Source of the DNA: Camelus ferus
Taxonomy: Eukaryota
NCBI RefSeq assembly: GCF_009834535.1
Contig: NC_045697.1
Coordinates: forward strand, 50,222,001-50,286,000
Length of the DNA: 64,000 bases
Reading direction: 5' to 3'
Shown: piece by piece, positions 62,221-64,000 of the stretch
Numbering within the stretch: the stretch's first letter is position 1
Layout of the letters: every line of letters begins with the position of its first letter
Made by a program: the position numbers and the translations under genes
Notes under the pieces: generated by a model
Databases searched by the model: none
What the model saw: only the letters and a program-made list of their open reading frames with translations
What the model was told of the DNA's origin: nothing

Positions 62221-62359
62221 GGGTCCTTGGAGCTAAATGAATTCTAGGTGGGGAGGCTGGTAAATTCACTCAAGAATCACGTTTTCCAAAAAATGTGTCA
62301 ATTATAGGAACACAAAAAAAGGGCTGGATAGAGACACACATGGCATGTTTTTGAGTGGA

Positions 62360-62660
62360 AAGAATTAGTACTGTAGAGATGTTGTCTTTTCCCAAACTTA
62401 CGGCAATTCAAATCAAAATCACAGTGTTTTAACCTGGGAAGCTTATATTTAGTTTCTTCTGGAGAAAAACGATGAATGAGAATAACCAAGAAAAATTTGA
62501 AAAACATAGTAACAAGGGAGGACTTGACCTTTCATGTTGTGAAATATATTGTAAGTCCATTGTGAGTAACAATCTGGAACTGGCACAACAATAGATCAGT
62601 AGGACAGAAGTTAAGGATTCAGAAATAGATCCTACTTACACATGAAAACTTTCCTCCCGT
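62360..62660 (+). mobile_element. Ancient LINE-1 ORF2 fragment
   Basis: gcaattcaaatcaaaatcacag...gaataaccaagaaaaatttgaaaa...gggaggacttgacc...tggcacaacaatagatcagtaggacagaa. Confidence 0.7.
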
Positions 62661-63069
62661 GTTTTGTCACTGTTAATCACGAGCTCATCTTCAGTGGACG
62701 CTGTTTTCCAGTATAGTCCTCAGAGTTTCTGGACTGTAACTGGTTGAGCTGAGATGGAAACTAAGGTCATCTAACTCTAAAGCCCAAGTAACTAACCACC
62801 ACATAACAGAATCTCCCCAATAAATATGTGAGATTAGCTAGGAGCGAAATGAATTGTAGAAGAGGAGGCTGGTGAATTCATTCGTTCATTCAACAAATAT
62901 TTACCGAGTACTTCAAATGTGCCAAGTTCTGTTCTAAGAATTCTGACAGATGAATCGCATTATTTTACTTATTGTAGCTCTGTAATGTATTTTAATATCT
63001 AGTAGACTAAACTTTTTTAATTACCTTTCTATTCTAAAATAGTCTTAGCTAACTTTTGAGAATGGCATA

Positions 63070-64000
63070 TTGTAGGAATTTTTTTTTATGGATAACAAAT
63101 TGTTTTAGTCTGATTATTGAAATATCTTTCCTTCCCCCCAGTGCTTGAAATGTCACCTATATCATATACCAAATTTCCATATATATGTTGGGGCTCTTTC
63201 TAGTTTCTCTCCTCTTTTCCATTGCCTACATGGTTCATCTCTGAGATGATATTATATTGTCTTAATTACTATAGCTCGCTACAAGTTCTTGCTTCCAATA
63301 GAGCAAATCTCCTAACTTTGAAATTTGGTTGGCTCTCCTTGGTCTTCTGTATTTTTTTTCTATGTGACTATTTAATATGAGCTTATCAAATTTGATAAAT
63401 AATCTTCTTGGTATTTTGATTGGAATTTTTGGAATTAGATTAAATTAAAGATAAATGGCATCATTACTACAAAGAGGTGTTTTATTCATAAACATGTAAT
63501 AGCTCTTCATTTTTTTTAGGTCTTCTTTTTTGTCCTTCAATAAAAATTTTAGTTATCAGCATATATGTCTGCACTTAGATAAATTACTGTGTATCTTATG
63601 TTTTCCTTGTTTTTTTGAATAAGATTTTTCAATTAAATATTATTCTTCTAATTTTTACATGTTGATATTGCTTCTAGCATTCTTGTAAACTCTTAATAAT
63701 TTAAAAAATATTTGTAAATGTTTTAAAATTTCTATATAGAAAATGATACGATCTGCAAATAATTGTAGTTTTGCTTTCTTCTTCCCAAAATTTATAACTT
63801 TATTTTCTGCTTACTTGATTAGCCAGAACCTCCATTACAATGCTAAACAGAAATGGTGAACATTTCTATTTTAATGGGATGTTTGTTATGTTATACTATT
63901 AAAAATGATACTTGCTGAAGGTTTCTGGTAGATACTCTATAACAGGTTAAGGAAGTTTCCTTCTATTCTTGTTTTGGTATAAAAGCCTTAAAATTATTTT
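63070..64000 (-). mobile_element. Ancient LINE-1 ORF2 fragment, runs off the window end
   Basis: tattgtcttaattactatagct...ttggtattttgattggaatt...atctgcaaataattgtagttt...aggttaaggaagtttccttctattc. Confidence 0.8.

Noticed and set aside
1027..62507. ORF-track entries (60-158 aa) as protein-coding genes
   Set aside because: Lengths are in the range expected by chance, many lie in repeats or low-complexity DNA, none resembles a cellular protein I recognise, and no consistent multi-exon chain is evident.

Overview
AT-rich mammalian genomic DNA, most likely intergenic or deep-intronic, dominated by interspersed repeats: LINE-1 fragments of several ages, LINE-2, MIR SINEs, MaLR/ERVL/ERV1 LTRs and hAT/Tigger DNA-transposon fossils. 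The younger L1 3' ends and one ERV1 LTR look cetartiodactyl, and I saw no Alu, B1/B2, PRE-1, CHR, Bov-A/BovB, CanSINE or ERE SINEs, which points to a camelid genome (inference). I recognised no protein-coding gene, RNA gene or CpG island; the only ORF-track proteins I recognise are decayed L1 ORF2 pieces. I did not find a supportable new biological system. The best leads are a perfect 50-bp AT-rich palindrome (19722-19771), an 82-bp local duplication enclosed by an inverted repeat (7939-9202), a near-consensus RFX X-box with nearby splice signals (1217-1497), an L1 with a 26-bp twin-priming inversion (46067-46954), nested insertions with readable target-site duplications (TSDs), and a few candidate enhancers and microexons. 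Repeat subfamily names come from recalled consensus sequences, not a search, and boundaries are approximate unless TSDs or terminal inverted repeats (TIRs) are quoted.
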